Shown in pieces: positions 10,265 through 21,500 of a stretch of DNA of 64,000 bases. This DNA comes from Phycisphaerae bacterium (GTDB lineage: Bacteria; Planctomycetota; Phycisphaerae; UBA1845; Fen-1342), in contig JASFQK010000012.1 of assembly GCA_050115495.1 (NCBI GenBank), forward strand, positions 1 to 64,000, read 5' to 3'. Under the pieces are notes generated by a model. That model was not told the origin of the DNA. It did not search any database and saw only the letters and a list, made by a program, of their open reading frames with translations. A program made the translations under genes and the position numbers. Position 1 is the stretch's first letter, and every line of letters begins with the position of its first letter.

Positions 10265-10994
10265 CCGCGTGCACCAGGTGTAGGAAGATGTCGCTGAGCC
10301 GCTGGCGGCCCGTCTTCTGTCTCAAACCGTCGAGCGTGTCCTCGGCGACCAGCCGTCCATCGTGGATGAGGCCGATCCGCCGGCACATCTTCTCGATTTC
10401 GTCCAGGGCGTGCGTGGAAAGCAGGATCGCCTTGCCCGCGGTCGCCTGCGTCTCGATGAAGTGCAGGATCAGCCGGTTGGACAGCACATCCAGGCCAAGC
10501 GTCGGTTCGTCCATGATGAGAATGGGCGGGTCGGCGATGAGCGCCCGGGCGATGTTCGTCCGCTGCCGCTGCCCCGTGGACAGCGCCCCGCAGCGGAGCT
10601 TCAGAAACGGTTCCATGCCCAGCCACTCGATCAGTTGGGCGATGCGGGCCCGGGCCTGGGCCTTGGGAATGTCGTACAGGACGGCGAAGTACTCGAGCAC
10701 CTCGACCGGCGTCAGCCGCTGATAGAGGCCGGTGTTGGCCGTCAGGTAGCCGATCTGGCGTTTGACGTCGGCGGTGTGGTGCGTGACGTCGTGGCCGCCG
10801 ATGAGCACACGGCCGCCGCTCGGCTGGAGCAGGCCGCTGACCATGCGAAGCGTGGTGGTCTTTCCGGCACCATTCGGACCCAAAAGACCGTAAATCTCCC
10901 CTGGGGCAACCTGGAAACTGATCCGATCGACGGCCACCTTCTCGGTCCCATCCGGGTTGGGGAAAACCTTGGTGAGTTCCTCGATCGCGATCAT
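10242..10994 (-). CDS. natA: NatA-like ABC transporter ATP-binding protein
   Basis: GPNGAGKTT, LSTGQRQR, ILIMDEPTLGLD, STH; likely start MIAIEEL at 10994. Confidence 0.9.
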   Translation of the reverse strand: MIAIEELTKVFPNPDGTEKVAVDRISFQVAPGEIYGLLGPNGAGKTTTLRMVSGLLQPSGGRVLIGGHDVTHHTADVKRQIGYLTANTGLYQRLTPVEVLEYFAVLYDIPKAQARARIAQLIEWLGMEPFLKLRCGALSTGQRQRTNIARALIADPPILIMDEPTLGLDVLSNRLILHFIETQATAGKAILLSTHALDEIEKMCRRIGLIHDGRLVAEDTLDGLRQKTGRQRLSDIFLHLVHADEPLLAH

Positions 10995-11099
10995 CCGTGC
11001 TCCCGGGGCGCCGCTCGTCCTATCGGAGCGTTCCACGCGTTGCACCAGCCTACCGCCTCAGGGCCCGGACCGCAGCCCCACGTCCGAGAAACTCGCGCT

Positions 11100-12707
11100 T
11101 CAAACGAGTGAGGGTCGGGGGCGCTCGCGCGTCGGCGGCGTGTCGGTGGGCAGCTCGACCCAGAACGTGGCCCCCTGCCCCACGGCGCTCTCCAGCCCGA
11201 TCTCCCCGCCGAGCAGATGCGTCAGCTCCCGGGCGATGGCCAGGCCGAGGCCGGTGCCGTGGTGCTCGCGGGTGGCGGACTGGTCGATCTGGCGGAATTT
11301 CTCGAAGATCGATTCGTGGTACTCCGGGGCGATGCCGGGGCCGCTGTCGACCACAGACAGACGCACGTGCCGCTCCCCGATCCGCCTGGCCGTCAGCCGG
11401 ACGCTTTGCCCTATGGGCGTGAACTTGATGGCGTTGGAGAGGAGGTTGAAGAGGATCTGCCGTAGCTTGCTCTGGTCGGTCTGGAGCTTGGGCAGGTTCT
11501 CGTCGGCCTGGAGGAGCAGCACGAGGCGCTTCTCATCCGCCAGCGGCCGGACGAAATCCAGCAATGTGGTGCAAAGCTCGCCGGGATCCACCGTTTCGAT
11601 GCGCAGCTCGATCTTGCCGGCCTCGATCTTCGCCAGATCCAGCAGGTCGTTGATGATCTCCAGGAGAATGCGGCCGGAAATGAGGATGTTCTCGGCGTAG
11701 CGGGCGGCGCGGGTGTCGCCGGTAGCGCGCGGTCCCTCGCGCAGCAGCTCGGCGAAGCCGATGATGCTGGTCAGGGGTGTGCGCAATTCGTGCGAGACGT
11801 TGGCGATGAACTCGCTCTTGACGCGGTTGGCCTCGAAGAGGGCGACGTTGGTCTCGGCCATCTGCCCGAGCTTCTCGTCGAGCAGCACGTTGGCCCGCCG
11901 CAGTTCCTCCTGCGACGAGCGCAGGCGTTCGAGCATGTTGTTGAGGTTGGCGGAAAGCTGCTCGAACTCGTCGCCGGTGTGGACGTCGGAGCGGACGTCC
12001 AGGTCGCCGTCGGCCACGCGGATGGTCACCTCGCGCAGGCCGTGGATGGGCGAGAGGATGTAGCGCTGCGTGATGACGTAGAAGACGAGGATGGCCAGGA
12101 TGCCCGCCAGGGCCCCGGCGGCGATGACCACGAGGCGGTTCCAGATCATTCCGTAGCGGCTCAGCTCCGCGGGCAGATCGACGACGATCATCCCGGCCAA
12201 CTGGTTTTCCTGGTACGGGGTGGCGCCCTTGCCCTCGGCGTGGCAGGCGAGGCAGCGTCTGGAGACGCGCACGGCGTGCGCGTAGTGCAGTTGCCGGCCG
12301 CCGGCCTGCTGCTCGGTGCGGAAGACCGAATCCTGCGTCGGGTTGCCCAGGAAGGCTCGTACGGCGCGGGCCACGAACGGATCCTTGGCCAGTTGCTGCG
12401 GCAGCGCGTTCGGATCGGTGACGCTCAGGTCCAGGCGGACGAAGCGCGGGTGATATTTCGGTGCGTCGGGCAAAAGGCTGAATTCGTCGCCGTGCGGACC
12501 GGCGCCGGCGCCGGGGCCGTCCGTGGCGGGCATGGCTTGGCGGAAGTAATCCTCGACGATGCGCTGCGCTTCGTAGAAAGGCTGCTGAAGGACGAGCTGT
12601 TCCATGCGATACCACGGCACAGCGAGCGCTGCACCGATGATAAGCAGAACCGCCGCCCCGAAGAGGATGCGGTATTTGGTGGCCAGTGAAATTCGCGCAA
12701 ATCGCAT
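11100..12707 (-). CDS. Sensor histidine kinase with periplasmic CxxCH (DUF3365/Tll0287-like) domain and HAMP
   Basis: CLACH between two TMs; HAMP; SHELRTPL H-box; NLLSNAIKFT, DSGPGI, GTGLGL. Confidence 0.92.
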   Translation of the reverse strand: MRFARISLATKYRILFGAAVLLIIGAALAVPWYRMEQLVLQQPFYEAQRIVEDYFRQAMPATDGPGAGAGPHGDEFSLLPDAPKYHPRFVRLDLSVTDPNALPQQLAKDPFVARAVRAFLGNPTQDSVFRTEQQAGGRQLHYAHAVRVSRRCLACHAEGKGATPYQENQLAGMIVVDLPAELSRYGMIWNRLVVIAAGALAGILAILVFYVITQRYILSPIHGLREVTIRVADGDLDVRSDVHTGDEFEQLSANLNNMLERLRSSQEELRRANVLLDEKLGQMAETNVALFEANRVKSEFIANVSHELRTPLTSIIGFAELLREGPRATGDTRAARYAENILISGRILLEIINDLLDLAKIEAGKIELRIETVDPGELCTTLLDFVRPLADEKRLVLLLQADENLPKLQTDQSKLRQILFNLLSNAIKFTPIGQSVRLTARRIGERHVRLSVVDSGPGIAPEYHESIFEKFRQIDQSATREHHGTGLGLAIARELTHLLGGEIGLESAVGQGATFWVELPTDTPPTRERPRPSLV

Positions 12708-13310
12708 AAAGCGTTTCCGAGATCGCCGGGCCGTGCGAGTTGCTTAGCACGAAACGGTCCAGCCCGCAACTTGCGTGGGCCACACAGTTTGGCGGACGGG
12801 GCCCGCCGGCAGTTGACAATGGCTTCTCATTATACGTTCACCTTAATAGCGGTCTTGCCACGGCGGCCCGCCGGCGGGTACACTACGCGACGTTGGCGAA
12901 GTGGTGGTTCCCTTAGCATTTCCATGAATCGGCGACAGATTGCTCGCATGCCAACTACGAACGTTCTGACCATGACCGTGTCGGACGCAGGAACGAAGGA
13001 GTCATGTTCCCGGCGGTCCAGAGGTGCGCTCCGGTGCACGGGGAAAGCTTGGCGCTCTGTACGGAGGCAGGCGCTGGCGGATTGAAGCAACACGTCTGGG
13101 GGCGGAATCCAGACGGGGTGGTTGAGAACGTCGAACGCTTCGCGACGGGCGCAGCGTGGCGGCTCGGGAGGCGCGCATACGCGATTGCTCCCGGCGGGGG
13201 TGTTGCCCTATAGTGCGTGTTCCGCTGGCCCGATCGGCGCTTGCGCGAACGATCGCCGCCCTCGGTCTTGAAGTTCGAAGACCCTGCCCGGCCCGGAGTC
13301 GTGACACGCC

Positions 13311-15140
13311 ATGCAGCACCAGGAATTGCGCCTTATCATTGTCCTCATCGCCTGCTCATCTTTCACGATGCTCGGTGGTTGCCGCACCGCCGTCGATCAG
13401 ACCGACCGCGAAGTAGCCGCGGTCATCGCGGAGCGCCAGCGTGCGGCCCTGGATATCCAGGTGCCGGTGCGCATCAGCTCTGAGGACGACAGCTTCGAGC
13501 GGCCGCCGCGGAGCGCGTTCGACAGCACGCCCAACCCCCGCCCTGCCGGCGTTCCCGCCGCCTTTGAACAACCGGCCGAGCCGCCGGCGACCACCGATGC
13601 GCCGGAGATCGTAACCACGGCACCCCCCTCGACGATGACGGGCGCGGCGAACTCGCGGTCGGGCATGCTGCCGCCGGCCATCACCGACCCGGTTTCCGAC
13701 GACCCGCCCGTCATCTTCACGCTGACGGATGCCCTGGCCTACGCCCAGCAGCACCGCCGGGCACTGCAACGGGCGGAGGAGCAGCTCTACGTGGCTGCCC
13801 TGGCCCTGACGCTCGAACGGCACCTGTGGACGCCGATCTTCTCATCGAACCTGAGAACCGTGTACGGCAACTTCGGCGAGATCCAGCATTTCGACCAAGC
13901 CATGCGCTTCGTGGCCGACCTGTCCGTGTCGCAACGGCTGCCCTACGGCGGCGAGTTCACCGCCCAAGCCGTCAGTACGCTCATTCGCGACGTGAAAAAG
14001 ACGATCACGTCGGCGGAGGGCAGCACAATCGAGGTGGGCCTGAACGTGCCGTTTTTGCGCAACGCCGGCCACGTGGCCCAGGAGGAGCTGATTCAGCTCG
14101 AACGCGAATTGACGTACGCGGTTCGGGCCTACGAGCGCTTTCGGCGGACGCAGCTCGTGCTCGTCACCGAGGCGTATTTCGACCTGCTGCGGGCCAAGCA
14201 GGACATGGTCACCAGCGAGATGAGCCTCAGCCGCCGCGGGCAGATTTTTCAGCGGGCCCGCGAGTTCGAGAAACGGGAATTGGGCAGTCTGCTCGAAACG
14301 CAGCGGGCCGAGCAGGACTACCTCTTCGCCGAGAACGAATTGGAAAGCGTGCGCGAGAGCTTCCGGGCCCAGGCGGACCAGTTCAAGCTGCTCATCGGCA
14401 TGTCGGTCGATCAGCCGCTCGGCCGCGATCAGCTCGAAGATATCCAGGCCATTGAAGGGCGCATCGCCGGCGGGGAGTTCCCGCTGTTGCAGCGGTCGGC
14501 GGCGGTCGAGCAGGACGCACTGGCCCAGCAGGTGGCGATCGACTACCGGCTGGACCTGCTGTCGGAGCATGACCGGATCGACGACGCCCGCCGCGGAGTG
14601 GCCGTGGCCGAGAACGCCATGCTGCCCGACCTGGACCTGAACACGACGGTGGCCTGGGAGACCGATCCGACCCACTATCGGCTGGGCGATTTCTCGTTCG
14701 AGCGGACGACCTGGCGGAGCGAACTGGTGCTCGAGCTGCCGCTGGAGCGGACGCGTGAGCGGCATCAGTACCGGGCGGCGTTGCTCGACGTGCGGCAGGC
14801 CGAACGTGACTACCAGGACGCGCTGGAGAGCATCCGCGCCGAAGTGCGCAGCGCCGTGAACAACCTGCGGCTGGAGGACCGCTCGGTCGAGATCCAGCAG
14901 CGCAACCTGGCCGTCGCCGACAACCGCGTGGAATACGCCCGCATCCGCTACGACGACGGCGAGATCGAGGTGCGTGAGCTGCTCGACGCCGAAGCGGACT
15001 GGACGAGCGTCAGCAACGCCCTGAGCCGGGCGAAGACGTCGCGGTGGAAGGCGTTGCTGCGGTTCCGGTTGTCGACGGGCACGCTGCGCATCCACGAGGA
15101 CGGTGAGCAGGAAGTCGCCCCGGTCATAACGGGTCCCTGA
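13311..15140 (+). CDS. TolC-family outer membrane efflux lipoprotein
   Basis: Lipobox-like MLGGC; OEP pattern (LTLTDAL-like, LSVSQRLPYGG, LPDLDL, LELPL, RYDDGEIEVRELLDAE). Confidence 0.85.
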   Translation: MQHQELRLIIVLIACSSFTMLGGCRTAVDQTDREVAAVIAERQRAALDIQVPVRISSEDDSFERPPRSAFDSTPNPRPAGVPAAFEQPAEPPATTDAPEIVTTAPPSTMTGAANSRSGMLPPAITDPVSDDPPVIFTLTDALAYAQQHRRALQRAEEQLYVAALALTLERHLWTPIFSSNLRTVYGNFGEIQHFDQAMRFVADLSVSQRLPYGGEFTAQAVSTLIRDVKKTITSAEGSTIEVGLNVPFLRNAGHVAQEELIQLERELTYAVRAYERFRRTQLVLVTEAYFDLLRAKQDMVTSEMSLSRRGQIFQRAREFEKRELGSLLETQRAEQDYLFAENELESVRESFRAQADQFKLLIGMSVDQPLGRDQLEDIQAIEGRIAGGEFPLLQRSAAVEQDALAQQVAIDYRLDLLSEHDRIDDARRGVAVAENAMLPDLDLNTTVAWETDPTHYRLGDFSFERTTWRSELVLELPLERTRERHQYRAALLDVRQAERDYQDALESIRAEVRSAVNNLRLEDRSVEIQQRNLAVADNRVEYARIRYDDGEIEVRELLDAEADWTSVSNALSRAKTSRWKALLRFRLSTGTLRIHEDGEQEVAPVITGP

Positions 15141-15207
15141 GGCCCCCGCCGGTGCCGGCGGCGGCACTACCGGCGAGGCGGCGGGCGGATATAATATTCG
15201 GTATTGA

Positions 15208-15282
15208 CGGGGCGTAGCTCAGCCTGGCTAGAGCGCTGGCTTTGGGTGCCAGAGGTCGCAAGTTCAAATCTTGTCGCCCCGA
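15208..15282 (+). tRNA. tRNA-Pro (anticodon TGG), CCA not encoded
   Basis: CGGGGCG/CGCCCCG acceptor stem, CTGGC-TTTGGGT-GCCAG anticodon arm, GTTCAAATC T-loop; TATAAT at 15190-15195. Confidence 0.97.
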
Positions 15283-15450
15283 TTCGAAAAACCTCCCTCC
15301 ATGTAGCAGCAGGAATCCACCGGCGATTTCAGTTGTCCGCGGATTGACCGGCGCTATTCCCGCTGGCCGCGAGGCAGACAGAGGAGGCCTCTCATTCGCG
15401 AGCTGTCGATGCCGGGTTGCGAACCGGCATGCAGCCGCGAGAATAGCGCT

Positions 15451-16698
15451 ATGAAACGCACCCGTAAGTGTGTCAGACTGGGCTTGGCGATCGGCCGAAG
15501 TACCTCCGGTTGGGCGAAAACGGCTCTCTGTTCGTGGGGAATACTGCTTGCGGGCTTGTTCGGCTGCCAGGCACCGTCGCCGATGGCTGATCCATCTCAG
15601 GATCCGGCGTCGGGTGAAGTTCCCTTGCCCGCCGCCGCGGGCTTTCGTGCATATCTGGTGCATCAGGGCGACGCAGGTATCTGGACCGTCAAATGCCTGC
15701 CGGTCCTGGAGCAGTACGCCTGCCCCGAGATCGTCGCCCTGGACGATCTGGGGCGCTGCACTGTGCTCATCTCCTACAGCGGCAAGTGGACACCCTGGCT
15801 GACCGTGCAGGATGGACGCTGGCTGGGGGGTATTGCCCACGCGGACGTCGATCCGCGACGCCCCGGCAAGGAGCTCTACGTCGGCGGTCAACGCGGCAAC
15901 CTCTACCAGATCTGGCCACATCCCCACGGCGGGTTCGACACGAACGTCATCGCGTACCTACCGGGAAGGGAGATTCACACGCTGGTTGCCGCCGATCTTG
16001 ACCAAACACGCGAGGGTATCGAGTTGTACGCCTTCACGCGGCCGGGAGGGCTCTATCAAATCCAACCTCAGGCGGAACCGGGCAACGCCTTCACGTGCCG
16101 CCTTGTTGAGGAGCTGCCCGGTCGAGTTCGTGATGCCGCCATTCTCCGTGATTCGAACGGTGAAGCGATCGGCGTTGCGACGGTCTCGCGCAGCGGTCAG
16201 CTTTGTCTGATGCAGATCGACGCAGGCAAGCCGAAGTGGACGACACTCTACGGGGCTGATACGGGGCTTGGCCGCCTCGCCGTCAGGCCGCGCACCGCCG
16301 GTGGTCCGATCGTGCTTTACGTGACCTGCGATGACGGTTGCGTCATCCGGATGGAGCAGCGCGGGGACGGTTGTTTTGAGTCAGAGGTGATCTTCACCGG
16401 CCCGCAAGGACCTCGCGGCCTGGTCTCAGGACACTTTCACGCAGATCCGAGCGTCGAGTCGGTCGCCGTGTTCGGATACTCCAAGCAGGTTCAGCTCTTG
16501 ACGCGAAAGGACGGCGGCCAGTGGCGCGCCGAGACCATCTTTGAAGACGTCGACAAAGGGCACTGGCTGGTGGTTGGTGAAGTCGATGGACGAAACACGA
16601 CCGACGAGATTATCCTCAGCGGCTATGGTGCGCGCGTAGTCTTGCTGACCCGACCACCCGGCTACGGCATCCAAACCGGAGCCGCGGTGGGCCAGTAG
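15451..16698 (+). CDS. Putative lipoprotein with FG-GAP-like beta-propeller repeats
   Basis: LLAGLFGC lipobox; repeated ADVDPRRPGKELYVGG / ADLDQTREGIELY / GEVDGRNTTDEI motifs. Confidence 0.72.
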   Translation: MKRTRKCVRLGLAIGRSTSGWAKTALCSWGILLAGLFGCQAPSPMADPSQDPASGEVPLPAAAGFRAYLVHQGDAGIWTVKCLPVLEQYACPEIVALDDLGRCTVLISYSGKWTPWLTVQDGRWLGGIAHADVDPRRPGKELYVGGQRGNLYQIWPHPHGGFDTNVIAYLPGREIHTLVAADLDQTREGIELYAFTRPGGLYQIQPQAEPGNAFTCRLVEELPGRVRDAAILRDSNGEAIGVATVSRSGQLCLMQIDAGKPKWTTLYGADTGLGRLAVRPRTAGGPIVLYVTCDDGCVIRMEQRGDGCFESEVIFTGPQGPRGLVSGHFHADPSVESVAVFGYSKQVQLLTRKDGGQWRAETIFEDVDKGHWLVVGEVDGRNTTDEIILSGYGARVVLLTRPPGYGIQTGAAVGQ

Positions 16699-16845
16699 GT
16701 CGCGGGTTGAACTCAGCCTGACCACGTTACGCCAAGTCAACGCACAAAACGCACCGTTTCCTCTTGGATGAACATCCGCTTCGATGGGCGGCCCCGTGCA
16801 GAACCCGTCCAGGAACACGTCACGTTGATCCCCGATGGGTAACCG

Positions 16846-17919
16846 TCAAGTGTGCGCGGCGGGATCTGGGAGAGGCGGTTCGGCAATTGCCGTGCATAGC
16901 CTTACCTGCCCATAGCGCAAACGCACCCACGAGACGATCAGTAGACAGCCGAGTACCACCGCTGCCAAGGCGATCAGCCCCGACTCCGGTCCGAACTCGT
17001 CCCCAACCCAGAGTCGGGGGCCATTTCGCAAGGTGGCCAGCATCGTGGTGCCAGAGAAACGCTCGCCACTTACGGGGAAGCCAAAGATGCTTGTCTGGAA
17101 CAGGTTCCACGTGATGTGCAAGCCGATTGGGATTGCCAGGCTGCCGGTCAGGATATAGCCCAACGCCAGGAGGACCCCGCCCAAACAGACGCTGATCGTG
17201 CTGATAGTGCTGGTATGCGCATTTGACAGGTGCAGTGCACCAAAGATCACGACGGAGAACAGGATGGCGGTGAGCAACGCGCCGCGCGCACCGGCGGATT
17301 TGAAATGGAATCCTTCGGCAAGATTGGTCAGGACGTAACCGCGAAAGAGCAACTCTTCCGCGAAACCAATCAGTGCAAACGTGAACGCCGACAAGGCGAA
17401 GGCAGCCCAAAACCAGGTGTTGGCCTTGGCGGTAACCCAAGTCCCGGTGATCTCCACCCAGCCGGCGGCCAACTGAACCAGGAACACAGTCGAGATCAAC
17501 AAACCGCCGAGAGCTAGTCCAAAGCCGAAGTCAATCGCCCAATCCCGGTCGAAACGAAGACCGAAGCCGGTGAATGGCCGCCGATCGAGGACCCGGCCTG
17601 CCAAGCAGACCGCTGCGATGGATCCCACCGATTCCACGACCGCTTCCCAATCTTCGGGTAACTCCGATTGCCCGCCCAGGCATGCCCAGATGATTGCCTT
17701 GGCGATGAGCAGAAACAGGATCACGAACAGGACGTACCCGACCCCGAAGGCGGCAAGCCGACAGAGCATTCGCGGGCGGTCCTCGCGGCGATTCCAGAAG
17801 ATGTGGCCAATGTGTTTCAGATCGGCAGTCTCCAACGCCCGGGCATCGTGCCAATGGGCCATTGCGGAGAAGAGCGCGCCCGTGGCACGCCTGCTGACGC
17901 AGGTGTATTCAGTGGCCAA
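16846..17919 (-). CDS. CPBP-family (CAAX/Abi) intramembrane metalloprotease
   Basis: AEELLFRGY, IFGALH, IGLHITWN, FGPESGL; start uncertain. Confidence 0.9.
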   Translation of the reverse strand: MATEYTCVSRRATGALFSAMAHWHDARALETADLKHIGHIFWNRREDRPRMLCRLAAFGVGYVLFVILFLLIAKAIIWACLGGQSELPEDWEAVVESVGSIAAVCLAGRVLDRRPFTGFGLRFDRDWAIDFGFGLALGGLLISTVFLVQLAAGWVEITGTWVTAKANTWFWAAFALSAFTFALIGFAEELLFRGYVLTNLAEGFHFKSAGARGALLTAILFSVVIFGALHLSNAHTSTISTISVCLGGVLLALGYILTGSLAIPIGLHITWNLFQTSIFGFPVSGERFSGTTMLATLRNGPRLWVGDEFGPESGLIALAAVVLGCLLIVSWVRLRYGQVRLCTAIAEPPLPDPAAHT

Positions 17920-18000
17920 GTTGGATTATTCCGGCTCCCCGGTAGCAGCCGGCGCGCATTGGCCAGGTGAGTGGGTCCGGCGGCGTAGGCGGCTCGGCTC

Positions 18001-18165
18001 GACCGCGTTAATGAAGAAGCCGCCGAGCACTTCCTGCGGGGATACGGGTCCCTGGCGGACCAGTTAAACCGTTCGTCGGTTTCGATTTCGGCCAATCTGG
18101 CGGAGGGCAACGGACGGTTCACCAAGGCGGACCGCAAGCATTCCTGCGGCATCGCCCGTGGCCGG
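18001..18165 (+). pseudogene. Remnant of a four-helix-bundle (23S rRNA IVS protein / bAvd-like) gene
   Basis: Hand translation, frame starting 18001: ..EHFLRGYGSLADQLNRSSVSISANLAEGNGRFTKADRKHSCGIARG; in-frame stop just upstream and no start; absent from the ORF track. Confidence 0.8.
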
Positions 18166-18525
18166 GCATGCGGACTCCGTTGCGGCGATGCACGCGCAGC
18201 TTAGACAGTACGCGCCGGTGACCGGCTGCGCCCCCTGGCAATCGTCGGGGACGCCGTCGGTCGACACAGCGTCGCGGCTGACGCCAGGCCTTGCCACGTT
18301 GTTACCGGACGTCGCCTTCGGCAGGCGCTTCGCCGACGCAAAGGCGGGAATGCGGCGATGAACTCCAGACGCTGTCGCCCGATTGTCGCGGCAGCTCTTC
18401 TTCCAGCCCGATACAGACGTTAGGATAGCGTTATCTGGAAGAGAGGACGCCCCCAGTGAATCCGCGGTGCAGGCGGGCGTAGCGCTCCAAGGGAGGCAAC
18501 CGGTCTTCGCGGGATAGGGAAGCTT

Positions 18526-21500
18526 GTGATGAGCAGTGTGGGAAAGACGTTTCGGGCGATCATCTGCTGTGCGCTGTTCGCGCTCCTCGTGCCCCCGGCA
18601 CTCATGGCCGACAACGGCGACGGGTCCATTGTCGGTTGGGGTTCGCAGGTCGTGGGTACTGGCCTGAGCAGGGACTTCGTGACCATCGCGGCGGCCTGCC
18701 ACCATAGTCTTGCCCTAAGGGCAGATGGCTCGATCGCAGCCTGGGGATGGAATCTTGACGTCTACGGAGACTACTTCGGACAATGCAATGTGCCCGCACC
18801 CAACTCTGACTTCGTGGCCGTTGCAGTTGGGCGGTATCACAGTCTTGGACTCAAGTCCGACGGCTCGATCGTGGCATGGGGATGCGACTCTCAAGGCCAG
18901 TGTGAGGTGCCGGAGCCTAACACGGATTTTGTGGCGATTGCGGCGGGTTGGTACCACAGCCTCGGGCTGAAATCCGATGGCTCGATCGTGGCATGGGGAT
19001 ACAACCACAACGGCCAATGCGACGTCCCATCGGAGAACACTGATTTCGTGGCTGTCTCGGCCGGTCATGAACACAGCCTCGGCCTGAAGTTGGATGGTTC
19101 GATCGTCGCCTGGGGCTATAATCCGTATGGCCAATGCGACGTTCCGGCGCCAAACTCTGGCTTCGTAGCCGTTACGGGAGGCGGAGGCCACAGTATCGGC
19201 CTGAAGTCGGATGGTTCGATCGTCGCCTGGGGCTACAATCCGTATGGCCAATGCGACGTTCCGGCACCAAACTCTGACTTCGTAGCTGTTGCGGGAGGCG
19301 GAATCCACACCGTCGGCCTGAAGTCCGATGGCTCGATCGTAACGTGGGGGAATAACGAATACAGCCAGTGCGACGTTCCGACACCGAGCGCGGACTTCGT
19401 AGCCGTCTCGGCTGGCTACCGGCACAGCCTGGGCTTGAGAGCCGACGGTTCGGTGGTCGCCTGGGGATGGAACGAGTACGCCCAATGCGACGCGCCGGCG
19501 CCGAACGAGAGCTTCACGGCCGTCGCGGGCGGCGACGAACACAGTCTCGGGCTGAGAACAGACGGCTCAATCGTTGCCTGGGGCCTCAATATGTGGGACG
19601 CGTGCGAAGTGCCAGCGCCCAACACAGACTTCGTGGCTATCGCAGCGGGCGAGGGCTACAGTCTGGGCCTGAAATCCGGCGGCTCGATCGTGTCATGGGG
19701 CCTCAGCGCCATCGGTCAATGCGACGTCCCAGAACCGAACTCGGACTTCGTGGCCATCTCGGCGGGCCATAACCACAGTCTTGGCCTGCGAACTGATGGA
19801 TCGATCGTGGGCTGGGGAAGCAACGCCTACAGCAAATGCGCGGTGTACGAGCCGAACTCGGGCTTCGTGGCGGTCTCGGCAGGTTGTGAACACAGCCTCG
19901 GCCTTCGAGGTGACTCAGTCGTAGCCTGGGGATACAACAACTGGGGACAATGCAACGTGCCAACGCCGAACACGGATTTCGTGAAGATCGCGGCGGGTGG
20001 AATGCACAGCCTCGGCCTGAAGTCAGACGGCTCGATCGTGGCGTGGGGCTGGAACGAATACGGCCAGTGCAGCGTACCTGCGCCAAACATGGACTTCGTG
20101 GGTGTTGCGGCAGGCTCCCGCCACAGTCTCGGCCTCAAGTCTGATGGCTCGATCGTGGCATGGGGAGACAACGTCGCCGGCCAATGTGACGTCCCAACGC
20201 CGAACACTGGCTTCGTGGACGTCGCTGCATTTGTAGGCTACGACGGACGCAGCAGCCTGGCCCTGAAGGCCCCGACGCAGCAGATCGCACTCCACGTCGA
20301 CGACGACGCCCCGCTCGGCGGCGACGGCCTGTCGTGGGCGACGGCCTACCGGCACCTTCAGGACGCCCTGCTATACGCCATGAACAACGGCGATGTCGTT
20401 GAGATCCACGTCGCACAGGGCATGTATCGACCGGATCAGGATGAGGCGGGGGTCGTCACACCGTTCGATCAGACCGCTACATTCCAGCTCCCGGACGGGG
20501 TGTCACTGCTGGGCGGCTATGCCGGACTCGGAGAGCCGGACCCGGACTTCCGCGACGTCGAGAGCCAGCCCACGATTCTCGGCGGCGACCTCGCGGAGGA
20601 CGACCCCGCGCTGGGCGACAACAGCTATCACGTGGTTGACGGCTCCGGCACGACGAACGCCTGCCTGCTCGACGGCTTCGTGATCGTCGGCGGGAACGCG
20701 GACACTGCGGCGCACGACCTCGGCGATCACGGCGGCGGGATGATCGTCGTGTATGGCGATGGCCCCACCATCTACCAGTGCGTGTTCCACGACAACTACG
20801 CCGCGTTCGGCGGCGGTGCGATGTTCACCGAGGGCGGAACGAGCACCGCGGTCACGAGCTGTCTGTTCTATGGCAACGAGGCCGGGGACTGGGGCGGTGC
20901 CGTCTATAACTGCTGTAATGGGGCAAGTTTCACGGACTGCCAGTTCAGCAGCAACGAGTCCCAGTCGGGCGGCGCGATGTTCAACTTCGGCCCGGGAAAC
21001 TGGGAGATCAGCAGCTGCGCGTTCACGTCAAACATCGCCTCGGCCGGCGGCGGCGCGATGATCAACCAGAACGGCGCCAACCCTGCGATAACCAGCACCT
21101 CCTTCTGGTCGAACACGACGCAGGGCGGCGGCGGGGCGCTCCAGAGCTGGCAAAGCGCGCCGACGTTCTCCGATTGCGCTTTCGTGGGCAACTCGGCTGC
21201 CTCACCGGCAGGCGGCGAAGACGGCGGCGTCCTTGAGAACGCCGACGGCAGCCACGCCGAGTTCGTGAACTGCTATTTCTTTGCCAACACGGCGAACGAT
21301 TGGGGCGGCGTGATTTCCAGTGAGGGTGGGAGTTCGTTCTCTCTGACCAACTGCACGCTCGTGTGGAACAACGCCAATACGGGTGGTGCGCTGGCCAACG
21401 GCAGTGACAGTACCGCCTCTGCCGTGAACTGCATCTTCTGGGACAACTTCGCTGCGGTGGGACCGCAGATTGCCGACGGCGACGGCACTGTGACTGTCAC

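Noticed and set aside
12813..12836. Plus-strand TTGACA promoter for tolC
   Set aside because: Spacing to the nearest -10-like hexamer is only 12-14 nt and it lies ~500 bp from the gene.
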